Origin: Octopus sinensis
Taxonomy: Eukaryota
NCBI RefSeq assembly: GCF_006345805.1
Contig: NC_043001.1
Span: forward strand, 108,066,001 to 108,130,000
DNA: 64,000 nucleotides
Reading direction: 5' to 3'
Position numbers and translations under genes: made by a program. The notes under the pieces were generated by a model. It was not told the DNA's origin. It was given only the letters and a program-made list of their open reading frames with translations, and made no database searches. This document shows, one piece after another, positions 39,146 to 51,169 of the stretch (position 1 is its first letter; each line of letters starts with the position of its first letter).

Positions 39146-39446
39146 TCACGTGATCACGTGATCGACCAGACTGTCGGACGCTGTTATACATCGCTGGTCA
39201 CAATGCCTTTTGCATCGTTTTAGCTCTTTTGAATGGTGCCAACCCGCAGGTTAGGCGAGCGGGCCAACGTTACCTCTAACCAGAAAGCTGGTCCAGCGCA
39301 GAGTGACCTATTTACAGCTGAGTGGACAGAAGCAATGTGAAATGAAATATTTTGTCCAAGCACACAACACCCATCCGGCCTGAAATTCAATACCAGGATC
39401 TCAAGATCGTGATTGCAACACACCTACCTACTAGGCTACGTGCCTT
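39146..39446 (-). mobile_element. tRNA-SINE, head 2 + tail B
   Basis: Reverse complement has a head-2 core (cacattgcttctgtccactcagctg) and ends in the cacgtgatcacgtga tail. Confidence 0.7.
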
Positions 39447-39813
39447 CACCAAAGCTTAAATGTGTCGGCTACATTATACTTAAGTATGTAAATTAAAATT
39501 ATTCATTTACAAATTACTAGAGAGAGGTAGGGGGAAAAACCCAAATTTTCTGTCCCTTGCGAAATAAGTTGAAGCACCTTCACTCAGCTTTATAATTTGT
39601 GCTGTGGAAACTCCAAATTAAGAAAAAAAATCATGGTGCGTATCAGCTAGATTCACTGAGCGGCACTTTGGGCAGTTCTGCCATATCTTGTCATAGAGTT
39701 CGGTTGAGCAATTAGTAGTATGTGGAAATTAGAATATGGAAACTACGTGGATTATGTCACATAAATGCATGCATATAGACACACACGCCCACACACACGC
39801 ATACATATACATA

Positions 39814-39859
<46 letters not shown>

Positions 39860-40009
39860 CATACATACGGCGAGCTGGCAGAATCGTTAGCCGAACAATT
39901 ATTCTGTGTTGATGAAGGGAAATAACCCAGAAATCGCGATACACAGATATTGTTTTGAGCTGAGTGGGTGTGATAGATTCCCTTGTTCGAAAATATAAGG
40001 ACAAAGATC

Positions 40010-40760
40010 ATGTCGTATAGCGAGCTGGAGAAGATGTCCCCTGGGGCTAAAATATAGCAACATTCGTCCTAAACCAGGACTGCCATGTTATGTTGGCAAA
40101 CAACCTTTATTTTTTCTTCTGTTATCCGTTTAGTTAGGTAAGAATGTTTTGATAAAATGTAATTCCATTGCCTTCTTGTACTTTAGGTCATTGACGGGCA
40201 TTTGAAGAAGGTAAAGATCTTGGATCTTCTGTTTCCGCACATTTCGAGATGTTAACTCAGTGAAATTTTACGGAAGTGTTTATATCTGATGTGTTGTCTG
40301 TGGATTCTTGCACGTTGGCAAAGGGAATTGTTGGTTTCGCCAATATAATTTTCATTGCGATTGGAGAACGCTATGCAATATATGAGATTCTGTGTCTTGC
40401 AGTTCATATCTGCATTTGCTTAGAAGGATAACCCACTTTTAAATCTTATATGGGAGCCATTGTCCAAATATTTGAAGTTGTTATTACGTCTTCCGCATGT
40501 TATCTCAGCAGTCCTTCGTGGAGAATTCTGGATTGTTTGTAAGAATTTTTGGTTGACGTTCGCCGTTTCGTATGTTTTCACCAACCAAGCTTTTCATTTT
40601 GTAGAAGTATTGATAGGTTTATTTCTATATAGTGAAAAATGTTGATCACTCCTAGGACATGTGTATTGATAAATGGAATAATATTTTCATTAATCATTTT
40701 GTTAGCAGTCCTCAGTTGTATGACGTCCAGTTTAAAACAGCGATGAAACTGGATATCGTA
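40010..40760 (-). mobile_element. Penelope-like element 3' remnant with GIY-YIG endonuclease (stops/frameshifts)
   Basis: Minus-strand translation gives MNCKTQNLIYCI...ENYIGETNNSLCQRARIHRQHI...KAMELHFIKTFLPN (GIY...YIG, Arg, His, Glu motifs), with an upstream IPFINTH linker. Confidence 0.82.
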
Positions 40761-41133
40761 CAAGCGAGGACACAAAAGAAAAAATTAAAGAATCTACTAT
40801 TCCATTTATGAATACATGATTCAGGAATGACTAAGAACTCGTTGAGGTTTACTATACAGGGAACGAAGGGTGGCACAGAGATTGGAGTTTTGATGACGTC
40901 AGTATGCAGCCCATGCGTGACTTCACGGGAAGCGTCGTGTTTGGGCTGAAAGAAAACATTTGAATGGCCTGGTTAAATTATATAGTGGATTTAACTGAGT
41001 TGAACGTGCGTGGAAGTCGCTTATGAGATTACGTCATTTTTATTCCCGCTTTGTTGCCTCGTTTTGCTCTGTTTTGTTTTCTTTACAATTATTCATCACA
41101 CCTTGCACACACACGCACAAACATACATAAGCG

Positions 41134-41173
<40 letters not shown>

Positions 41174-41304
41174 TTTGTTTGTGGGTGTTTCCACGTATAT
41201 CTCATTACAGTCATCTAAATTACCATCTCTGTCAAGCACCACTCATAGATCATAAACTTATGTTTACTGAACAATCTTATTTACAGCCAATAAGTAGTAG
41301 CAGA

Positions 41305-41692
41305 GCGTGGAGGCGCAATGGCCCAGTGGTTAGGGCAGCGGACTCGCGGTCATAGGATCGCAGTTTCGATTCCCAGACCGGGCGTTGTGAGTGTTTATTG
41401 AGCGAAAACACCTAAAAGATCCACGAGGCTCCGGCACGGGATGGTGGTGATCCCTGCTGTACTCTTTCACCACAACTTTCTCTCACTCTTACTTCCTGTT
41501 TCTGTTGTAGCTGTATTTCAAAGGGCCGGCCTTGTCACTCTCTGTGTCACGCTGAATATCCCCGAGAACTACGTTAAGGGTACACGTGTCTGTGGAGTGC
41601 TCACCCACTTACACGTTAATTTCACGATCAAGCAGTTCCGTTGATTCGGATCAACCGGAACCCTCGTCGTCGTAACCGACGGAGTGCTTCCA
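41305..41692 (+). mobile_element. tRNA-SINE, head 1 + tail A
   Basis: A/B boxes; tail gaactacgttaagggtacacgtgtc...cgtcgtaaccgacggagtgc. Confidence 0.82.
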
Positions 41693-41896
41693 TACAGTAG
41701 CAGAGCGGTGAGCTGGCAGAATCGTTAGCACGGCGGGTGAAATGCTTGAGTTCAAATTCCGCCGATGCCGACTTCGCCTTTTATCCTTTCGGGATCGATA
41801 AATTAAGTACCAATTACTGGGGTTGATCTAATCGATTGGCTTCCTCCCCAGCAATTTCGGACCTAGTGCCTAGAGTAGAAAAGAATCGTTAGCACG

Positions 41897-42465
41897 ACGG
41901 ATGGATGGATGGATGGATGGATGGATGGACGGACGGACGGACGGACGGATGGACGGACGGACGGACGGACGGACGGACGGACAGACGAACGGCTGGATGG
42001 ATGGACGGACGGATGGACGGACGGACGGACGGACGGATGGATGGATGGATGGATGGATGGACGGATGATTGGATGGACGGACGGACAGACGAACGGCTGG
42101 ATGGATGGATGGATGGATGGACGGACGGATGGATGGATGGATGGATGGGCGGGCAGACGGACGGACGGACGGATGGATGGATAGATGGATGGATGGATGG
42201 ATGGATGGACGGACGGATGGATGGATGGATGGATGGATGGGCGGGCAGACGGACGGACGGACGGACGGACGGACGGATGGATGGATGGATGGATGGATGG
42301 ATGGATGGGCGGGCAGACGGACGGACGGACGGACGGACGGCTGGATGGATGGATGGATGGATGGATGGATGGATGGATGGACGGACGGATGGATGGATGG
42401 ATGGATGGGCGGGCAGACGGACGGACGGACGGATGGATGAATGGATGGATGGATGGATGGATGGA
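41897..42465. repeat. Compound (GGAT)/(GGAC) microsatellite with recurring gggcgggcagac variant
   Basis: Directly visible. Confidence 0.95.
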
Positions 42466-42859
42466 AAGGGGGGGGATAAAATTTTTTTTTTTTTTAAAGT
42501 GGGGAGGAAAAAATTTGATCAATAGGGATCGTTATCACAGAAATGTCAATATGAAGTGTAAAGGGGAGAACAGGTGAGGTTTACCCGTGGAAAGAAAAGC
42601 CTACGGAAAAGACCACGGTAACCTCGGTCAATGAAGTCACATGTTATATTTCTTTTTTTTTTTTGCAAATAAGCAACTCTCTGTATTAATTTTTACGGTT
42701 CATAGAATCATAGTCAAGGTGGCTTCGTCATTCATACGTGCCATCCCTGCTACATTCACCCATCTTTTTTTAAAACATTCACTAGACAAAACTTGCCTCT
42801 CTACTCTCACTTTCCTCTTCAAGTGATACTTGAAGAAGTTGATGAGAGATTGACCAGAG

Positions 42860-42946
<87 letters not shown>

Positions 42947-43262
42947 CAGACAGCTAAACAGACAGACAGTCAGACATAGAAGCTGTGGAATTCGATCAGG
43001 GACCAGGTTGCAGTTGGTGTGACGAAAATTTTGATAGCAAAGAATAAACGTTTAAGTGAAGTTAAGAGTCTTTGTGTGTTTACGAATGTCTAATATGTGT
43101 CTTCCACGCTGAAATTCTTTTAGTTTCAGCACACGATCATAGATCAGTTCATTTGCCTGACAAATACAACCCAGAAATATTTATATACATATGCAAGTTT
43201 ATGTGGTTATGAAAGTGTATAGCCCCAGAAGGCTCTGAAACGGTGCATCCCTGAGAAGAACG

Positions 43263-43294
<32 letters not shown>

Positions 43295-43393
43295 GTATAA
43301 CACATCAGAGCAAGGGACCAGCAAACTATGCTGGTTCTATGGAGGACATATGCACTCAACCGCCTAGACTACTGCTCTCAACTACGGGACATT

Positions 43394-43841
43394 GGCGTCC
43401 TATACGGGACAATCCTACCGGCGTTTATAGCCCCAGGAAGACATCCCCTCCAGCTGACTAACGACACACATTCTGTGTCCGATTAGTATTTACGAGGGGA
43501 GGTCATCGCTCCCACCCCTAGCCTTACGTGGTACATACGGACTCGAGTTTCTGGGTGGTTACCCGTCCTCAGCGTGTGTTAATCACCAGCTAGTGATGTA
43601 AATTCGACCCACTCGCAAAATACTATATGCTTTATACTAATACACTACTATATACTAACACACGCTGTGAACGATTAACGACTCAGAAACTCGAGTCCGT
43701 GTATATCATGTAAGGCTAGGGATGGAAGCGATTACCTCCCCTCACAAATACTAATCGGACACAGAATGTGTCGTTAGCCAACTGGAAGAGATGTCTTCCT
43801 GGGGCTATAAACGTCAGTAGCACTGTCCTTTATAGGACGCC
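43394..43841. mobile_element. Older fold-back of a repeat related to the Penelope 3' tail
   Basis: Arms 43394-43556 and 43681-43841, roughly 80% identical by eye. The motif tagccccaggaagacat...ccagct is also at 9055-9240 and reversed at 40016-40065. Confidence 0.65.
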
Positions 43842-44466
43842 ACACTTGGTTGGCATTTGTATGTTACGATTCTGTACTGCTACTGTTTACACTTCGCTCA
43901 GAGATTTATTATTGCTTTTTTTCTCCTTTTTCGAGATCAGCGACGGTTCGTCGCTGGAAAAAGCATAAAGTATTATGCGAGAGGGGTGAGTTTTCATCTC
44001 TAGCTGGTGTTTACTAGCTACTGTTTACATCTCGCTCAGAGATTTAATATGGCTTATTTCTCCTATTGAGAAACCCAGAAAGTCTTACCAATATTTGTCT
44101 GAATGTGATATCGATAAATCAACGATGGTTTGACAGGAACATGTGGTGGATAAGAGGTTGAGATCTCTTGATAAATACAATAGGAATTGTGGAGCTTCTT
44201 AAATGGTGGACGAGGAAATTTGAGATGAATGAACAGAGAAATAAATCTATGAATGGTAAAGAATTTTCAAGGAAAAATGATAGTTTGTTTTCAAAGCAAA
44301 CGTTTAATTGTAAAGGTTTCTGTAAATTGATCGTGCTAATTACGAGTGAAACTCGAAGATTCGATTTGAAAACAATTAGCTCCCAGGATGGCAAGCTCAG
44401 GTTCCGGCTCAAATTCAAAACGTATAAGTGAATGAATGACCTACTCTTGTGCACATACGCACGCAC

Positions 44467-44499
<33 letters not shown>

Positions 44500-44969
44500 T
44501 AAGGGCGCGGGTGTGGTTGTTCGGTAAGAAATTTGCTTCCTAACCACAAGGTTCCGGTTTCAGTTTCCCTAAGAGGCACTTTGTTCAAGAGTCTTCTACT
44601 GTTGCTTCAGGCTCCTGAGTGGGTTTCTTTGACGGAAACATCTTTTAATATTTATGAGGGTGGGGGGGGGCTGAAAAATTCCTGGCTTTCGGTAAAAGAA
44701 AATACAAGAGGATTAGTTAATAATGATTTTATTCAATATATTCGCCTCTCAGATTCACACACTTATTGCAGAGGTCCTTCACTTTTTCTAAGCCTTGCAA
44801 CAGAACTTGGAAAGTTCGGTCTCCAACAAGGCCTTTCGCGACACCCTTTGAGACAGGAACTTATCAACACCCTCTGCACCTATATATGTATATGAGAGGG
44901 ATGACCACTAAGTGGACATACATTATGCTAGATTTTTCGCCCTTATTTAAGTTTATATATATATATATA

Positions 44970-45378
44970 CTCTTTTACTCTTTTACTTGTTTCAGTCATT
45001 TGACTGCGGCCATGCTGGAGCACCGCCTTTAGTCGAGCAAATCGACCCCGGGACTTATTCTTTGTAAGCCCAGTACTTATTCTATCGGTCTCTTTTGCCG
45101 AACCGCTAGGTGACGGGGACGTAAACACACCAGCATCTGTTGTCAAGCAATGCTAGGGGGACAAACACAAACACACAAACACACAAACACATACATATAT
45201 ATATATATATACATATATACGACAGGCTTCTTTCAGTTTCCGTCTACCAAATCCACTCACAAGGCATTGGTCGGCCCGGGGCTATAGCAGAAGATACTTG
45301 CCCAAGATGCCACGCAGTGGGACTGAACCCGGACCCATGTGGTTGGTTAGCAAGCTACTTACCACACAGCCACTCCTA
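44970..45378 (-). mobile_element. SINE family X
   Basis: Reverse complement match; head-to-head with a truncated + copy at 45391-45429. Confidence 0.85.
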
Positions 45379-45429
45379 TATATATATATATAGGCGCAGG
45401 AGTGGCTGTCTGGTAAGTAGCTTGCTTAC

Positions 45430-46495
45430 TGCTACCAAGTTGTCGCGTTGTTTTTCGTCGTGGTGAAAGTCACGTCGTACGTGAAAAATTGAACATTTGA
45501 AGCATGACCACATGTAAAGCATTTGTTTTTTGGGGTGTTTAGTGAAGTCCGTTGTCCGTATGGTTAATATTTTTTCGAACAAGAGTCTCCACTGGGTTTC
45601 AGACATTTGTTTGCCATTTGTTGCCAGTGGTCTCACTTTTTAGTGAGAATTTATGATTTTATGTGACTGTGTGCACTTCGTGGATTTTACCAATTGGAGT
45701 ACAACCAAAATTTTACCATTTGGAGTACAACCAGGAATTTTGTGCTGCAAGGAATTTGTAACTGTGCTACAAAGTTGAATTTTGTTGTCATTTGAACTGT
45801 CTTCGTTCTTTTTCTCTTGTCTGTCTTTCTGCTCTTTTTGTGTTTGCATTAGAGACTTTTATTTGAACATTTTTAATTTTGTTGTGGACTTTTATATTTT
45901 AGTTTATATTATTAATGGCAACCAAATGTAAGAAAGCCCTAGAGTGGCGAATTGTGGCCTCCAAGGAGTGGTTAAAAAACTATGATGAGAGAACGGTGTT
46001 GTTGCGGACCTATTGCAAGGACCGCGGCACCATTTGTGTATTCCCTCAGAGGGAAATTGAAGAAGAGTTGGCGGGATTTGTGCCAACTTATAGCTTCATC
46101 CGCAGGGGTGCAAAGTACACAACGGTGTGCGTGCTTTTCGACACCCCTACGGAAGCTCAGAAATTTGCGAGCCAACATATAGATGGGAGGAAGATTTTTG
46201 TTTCTCCCCACTTACGGTGGGCGTAAATTGACAAGAGCCTGGGTGTGTGGGCTACCGCCCGTTATAGAGGCTGAATGGATAGAAGATTCTACCGTCGAGG
46301 CCTTGGTGGGGGCCCTGCCAGGCTCTTGAATGTAAATATACTGCCTGCGGTCGATTGGGTCGGGTCAAAAGCAATTTTGACCATATGGGCCCAATCGACT
46401 GAAGATTTGGTTTTTCCAGATTTCTTGACAATGGCCGGTTCCAGGCACCCGGTGATCGTTGAGGGACGCCTCACAAGTGTGCCTGTGTCTGGAAT
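45430..46495 (+). mobile_element. Tx1/L1-like LINE 5' UTR + frameshifted ORF1
   Basis: ATG at 45915. ERTVLLR...VCVLFDTPTEAQKFA, then -1/+1 shifts to PTYGGRKLTRAWVCGLPP..EWI and PDFLTM.G.RHPVIVEGR, resembling RRM-RRM-pre-zinc-knuckle ORF1; truncated there. Confidence 0.6.
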
Positions 46496-46833
46496 CATAC
46501 ATATATATACATATATACGACGGGCTTCTTTCAGTTTCCGTCTACCAAATCCACTCACAAGGCTTTGGTCGGCCCGAGGCTATAGTAGAAGACACTTGCC
46601 CAAGATGCCACGCAGTGGGACTGAACCCGGAACCATGTGGTTGGTAAGCAAGCTACTTACCACACAGCCACTCCTGCGCGTATATATATATTAGGTGAAA
46701 AAAGATGAAAGATCTATACAAATCAAGTTTTTATATATAAAAGATGGAGGTGAAAATAACACAGAAGTAGGTCTAAGACATTTCAATTTAAGAGGGAATT
46801 TAATAAAAAAAATTATCAAATTATATAAATAAG

Positions 46834-46866
46834 ATATTACCGGTTTCGATGTATCTTATCAAAAAT
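46834..46866 (-). ncRNA. Hammerhead-like motif with U3-A8 core (family H6)
   Basis: Reverse complement: attt-TTGATAA-GA(taca)TC-GAAAC-CG-GTA-atat; minimal stem II, imperfect stem I. Confidence 0.42.
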
Positions 46867-47598
46867 TTATAAAAATTTGAATCAAAAGCAGTTTATCTTC
46901 CGTCAGAGCGTCAAGAACATGTCCGGAGATTTTTCGTTGAAGTCTTCTTTAAATATAGTTTGGTGTAGAGTTCAGAGTGTTAGAGAGTGAGAGAAGGGGT
47001 GTCTCTTGTCTAAAACAAATTTGTGTGTGTTCCTTCCAAGGGAGTGGCTAAAAAGTATTTATTGAACAAAGACTATCTTTAGACAATAGAGACCCTTTCT
47101 CTCATTTTCCAACACTTTGAACTCAACGATCTAGTCTTTTTCATTCGCAAAATGACCCCACTTTAATTTTGCTCAAATTGCTTTCAATTTTGGTGTAGCG
47201 ATGCAACTCTGAGTTTTGATTACGACCAACCAATTACTTTATCTCGTAAATTAAGGAATCTGATGTTATTCGGAATTAAAGTTGGGAAATTTGGGTAATT
47301 TTAGCCAATCAACTGACAGCGAATCATTAACAGCTTGTTACCATGCCAACCGCACGCTGAGTTGGGTTTCACCCGATTGTTGTCTTGATTCTTCACACCA
47401 CGAGATTTACTTCACCTGCGTGTTTTGTTTTAATAAAAAATTTATATTTATCAATTACAATTTTATTATAGATATCTTTCGTCAACTGTCTTAATATTTT
47501 ACATATTTTTCATATCTAACAACTCGAATTTAAATTTCCAAAGACACAACGTTACGATCACGAGCCAAGAACCCTAACCATTTATCCATGTTCTTTCA

Positions 47599-47652
<54 letters not shown>

Positions 47653-50585
47653 CAGAATACCCGACGTTGCCCTGTTTTAAGGCATATTCGATTTAACAGA
47701 ATAATACTAAATTCCTCTTGAAAAGTTGTCTGACGAGTAAGAAATGAAATCATTTGCCAATACATGTACAGCATTCTAGTGTCTAATATGCTTCAGATGG
47801 ATGTCCAATACTTAGTGGCATTTCGTCAGTCTTTACGTTCTGAGTTGAGTTCAAATTCCGCCGAGGTCGATTTTGCTTTTCATACTTTCAGCGTTGATAA
47901 AATATGTAACAGTTGAACAGTGGAGTCGATGTAATCGACTAGCAACCCTTCTCCGAACTTGCTGGCCTTGTGCCAAAATTCGAAACCAATATCAAAATAT
48001 ATAGCATTAATGAAATTATATAAATACCATATCTAATTCAGCCATATTAAATAAGAACACGTGACTAAGCAAATGTGAATGTAGTTTTATTTCAATAATG
48101 ACGCTTTTTGATGATAATATATTTTATTCTAGAAATACTAATTCTTATATTTCCAAGAAGTAAAACAGCCACAGAAATAACAAACACTCTTATAACCTAT
48201 GGAAATGCTCGGAGGAAACCCATTAATCCAAATAGTGGAACTGCATTACACGCAGTATATATTATAAGAATTGCGATGAGCCCAAGTTTCTATAATGTAC
48301 CTATCGTAGCTTTGACCATTCTGAGCATTGTCATATCCCCAAAATTCTCAGTGTTTATGGATTTTCTATCACGGGCATCAAAGAAGAGATTATGGGCTTC
48401 CAACCTTTGAGCAGCCTATTACAAATTAGCCATAAATAAAGCAGTATTTCTGATGCAGACCAGAAATTGTCAATGGTTGTCCTTGAAGTTTATTGATTGG
48501 CATGGCAAAGCTTAAGTGTTCTGGGAATTAAAGAATTCAAGTCTTTTAAATCGAAAGGAGATATTTGTTGTTATGAGTGGAATCTTGAGTAAAACTGCAT
48601 ATTCTGCTTTGGTGCACTTAGCGAGAACAGAAGCGTTGATGACATAAAGCAATATACGTTTCACTATTAGTTATGTGCCATTGCACAACCAAGGTTGGTA
48701 TAAATTTTCGTAGTAACACTATTGGGGACAAGCGAAAGCCCTTTGAAAATCTCATGAGTTTTGCAAGTGAAAATTGAAAACGTTGTCCAGTATTATTGCC
48801 GTGGCAGAAACGCCAGAAAAGGGGAGGCAAGACAGAGAGAAAGGGAAAGAAATGGAAATGGAAGTTGTGACAACAGTCAGTTGAAAGATAAAAGGAATAA
48901 AGAAACACTGGTTAATCGATACAGGTGTAAAGTAATACACACGCGTCATCATTACTCGAGGTACTTCTCTTCAGCTGCTCATGTCAGTATTACTGAAATC
49001 GAGTCTTTACTTTTGTCTTGCTTGATACTGCTGTTAGCTTTCGTGGTGTTTATGTGCTGTCTGTCTGTGGGCATTCTGCTGAAGGTGGCCTGTCATTCAT
49101 GCGGTATTACTGGTATTCATGGCGTGCTTCACGTTCACTGTAAATCTCAAGTCTTTTGTAAGATGTATTCTATGCAGTAATAGCCTGTAATCTTTCTTGT
49201 CGTTGCTCGGCTGTTTCTGCCCTCAAAGCTCACGTTTGGATGTTGTAAGTGTGGGAAATCTTAAACTTGGCTTTAGTGATCGGAACATCACATCAGTTGT
49301 AATAAGAAAGAACTAAATAGTTATGACCGAAATTTGAACTTCCACCCACAAAATTCGACTTCCAGTAGCTGACAGTTATTGAAAATGGTACATCAGTTGA
49401 TATTGAATAATTCAAGCAGGAAGTCAGTTTTGGGGGATATGAATTCAAATTGTGGTCACGACCAACAATAGTCCTCCCTTTTTATGAATGATCTGTTACA
49501 AACTAATAAATATTCAAATGTGAGAGAATTGAAGAAATGTAATTTTGAATTGAAATACAATTGCAAAATAAAAGATTTGCATGGTTTTGCAAATGCAAGA
49601 ACTGGCGCTTCGATATGAAAAATGAAAGAAAATGAGATAGAGAGTGAGATATAGAAAGCGAGTGGGGAAGAAATTCAACGAATGAAGTAAAGAGAGGGAG
49701 AGTCCGGTGAGGGAGGGTAGAGGTAGTCGTAGAGTGAATGAGACGGAGAGAATGAAGAGACAATGAGAGAGGTAAATGTCAGCGAAAATACAAACTGACG
49801 AATAAGAGAGAAAAGAAAGAAAAAGTACGAGACAAAAGGAAAGGTAGAATGAAAGTAAAAGAATTTGGTAATGGAAATGAGAGGAAGTAAAGAAAGAAGA
49901 TATGAATGGGAAGAAGGCGGCGAGCTGGCAGAACCGTTAGCACGCCGGGCGAAATGCGTAGCCGTATTTCGTCTGCCGTTACGTTCTGAGTTCAAATTCA
50001 GCCGAGGTCGACTTTGCCTTTCATCCTTTCGGGGTCGATAAATTAAGTACCAGTTGCGCACTGGGGTCGATCTAATCGACTTAATTCGTTTGCTTGTCCT
50101 TGTTTGTCCCCTCTATGTTTAACCCCTTGTGGGCAATAAAGAAACAGATATGAATGGAAAGAGAGAGAGAGAAGAGAGAGAGAGACAGATAGGTAGACAG
50201 ACAGACAGAAAGAGAGAAAACTAGAAGCAGCAAAACTTTCAATGGCGAACAGAAAAGACAGATGAGAAGAACGCGATTCAGAAGTGAAGGAGCAAAAGGG
50301 ATGACGATAGATACATGAAAATGAAAGTAGACATGCGTGTAAGAGATGCTTAAAGCATTACATCAATTATGAGTTTTGGAGAAAGGTGAGCAAATACACA
50401 TATAAATATATGTCTGTGTATGTGTATGTGTGAAGAGGGGGAGAGACAAAGAGAGAGAGAGGTAGGGTGTTTATATTTAAGATGTAGAACATATTCAAAC
50501 AAAAAATAAATTTGTTTACTGAATATGTGTATAATAGGTGGATAAACATACATAAAGAAAAACATGTCGTCTCCATAATGAAATA

Positions 50586-50834
50586 TTGGGTTGGTGCATA
50601 ATTATTGCGGCTTTTCTTCAACAAATTTATTCAACAAAAACAATAACAACATTTAACAAAAACACCTTTAAATGATTATTCCGGAGCATATTCACCATCT
50701 ACTTCAATTACTGCTTCCCTTTTGCTTGGCAGATGGTCAGACCGGCATTTAAAGATGTTTTTGTTAAATATTGTTATTGTTTTTATTGAATAAAGGTTGT
50801 TGAAAAAAGCCGCAATAATTATGCACCAACCCAA
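50586..50834. mobile_element. Mariner-derived MITE with TA target duplication, 3' of GPCR stop
   Basis: TA|ttgggttggtgcataattattgcggc ... gccgcaataattatgcaccaacccaa|TA; TIR resembles the Hsmar1/MADE1 type; inverted arms about 90 bp. Confidence 0.85.
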
Positions 50835-51022
50835 TATTGAGGTTTCTGATTGATATGTATACGTTTGTAACCAATGCAGCTTTCGCAATCAACCAGTGGG
50901 TTGGTTGATTGGTTGGTTGCTTGGCTGCTTGGTTGCTTGGTTGCTTGACTGGTTGGTTGGTTGGTCGGTCGGTTGGCTGAGAGGTAAATTGTTTTTTTAA
51001 ATAAAGAAACCATTTGAAAATT

Positions 51023-51169
51023 CAGCCAGAATCGGTAGAACGTGGACCAAAAGGCATTGCGTTGTTTGGTTAATGCCCTTTACATTCTAACTTCAAATAG
51101 CGCCGAGGTCAACTTTCTCTTTCATCTATCTGGGGTTGATAAAATCGATTAAACCCTTCCTCCAAATTT
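51023..51169 (+). mobile_element. Degenerate SINE Y overlapping the GPCR C-terminus and stop codon
   Basis: cagccagaatcggtagaacg...ttcaaatagcgccgaggtcaactttctctttcatctatctggggttgataaaatcgattaaacccttcctccaaattt aligns to the family Y head/unit/tail with an internal deletion. Confidence 0.75.

Noticed and set aside
41863-42577. Long DGWM/PSIH repeat ORFs (up to 219 aa)
   Set aside because: A stop-free by-product of the GGAT/GGAC tetranucleotide tract; no splice or domain evidence.
47722-47762. Hammerhead at CTGACGA...GAAATC
   Set aside because: No helix I complementarity and negligible helix II; likely chance.
48108-48410. 100-aa hydrophobic ORF
   Set aside because: No recognisable motif or splice context, and AT-rich composition explains it.
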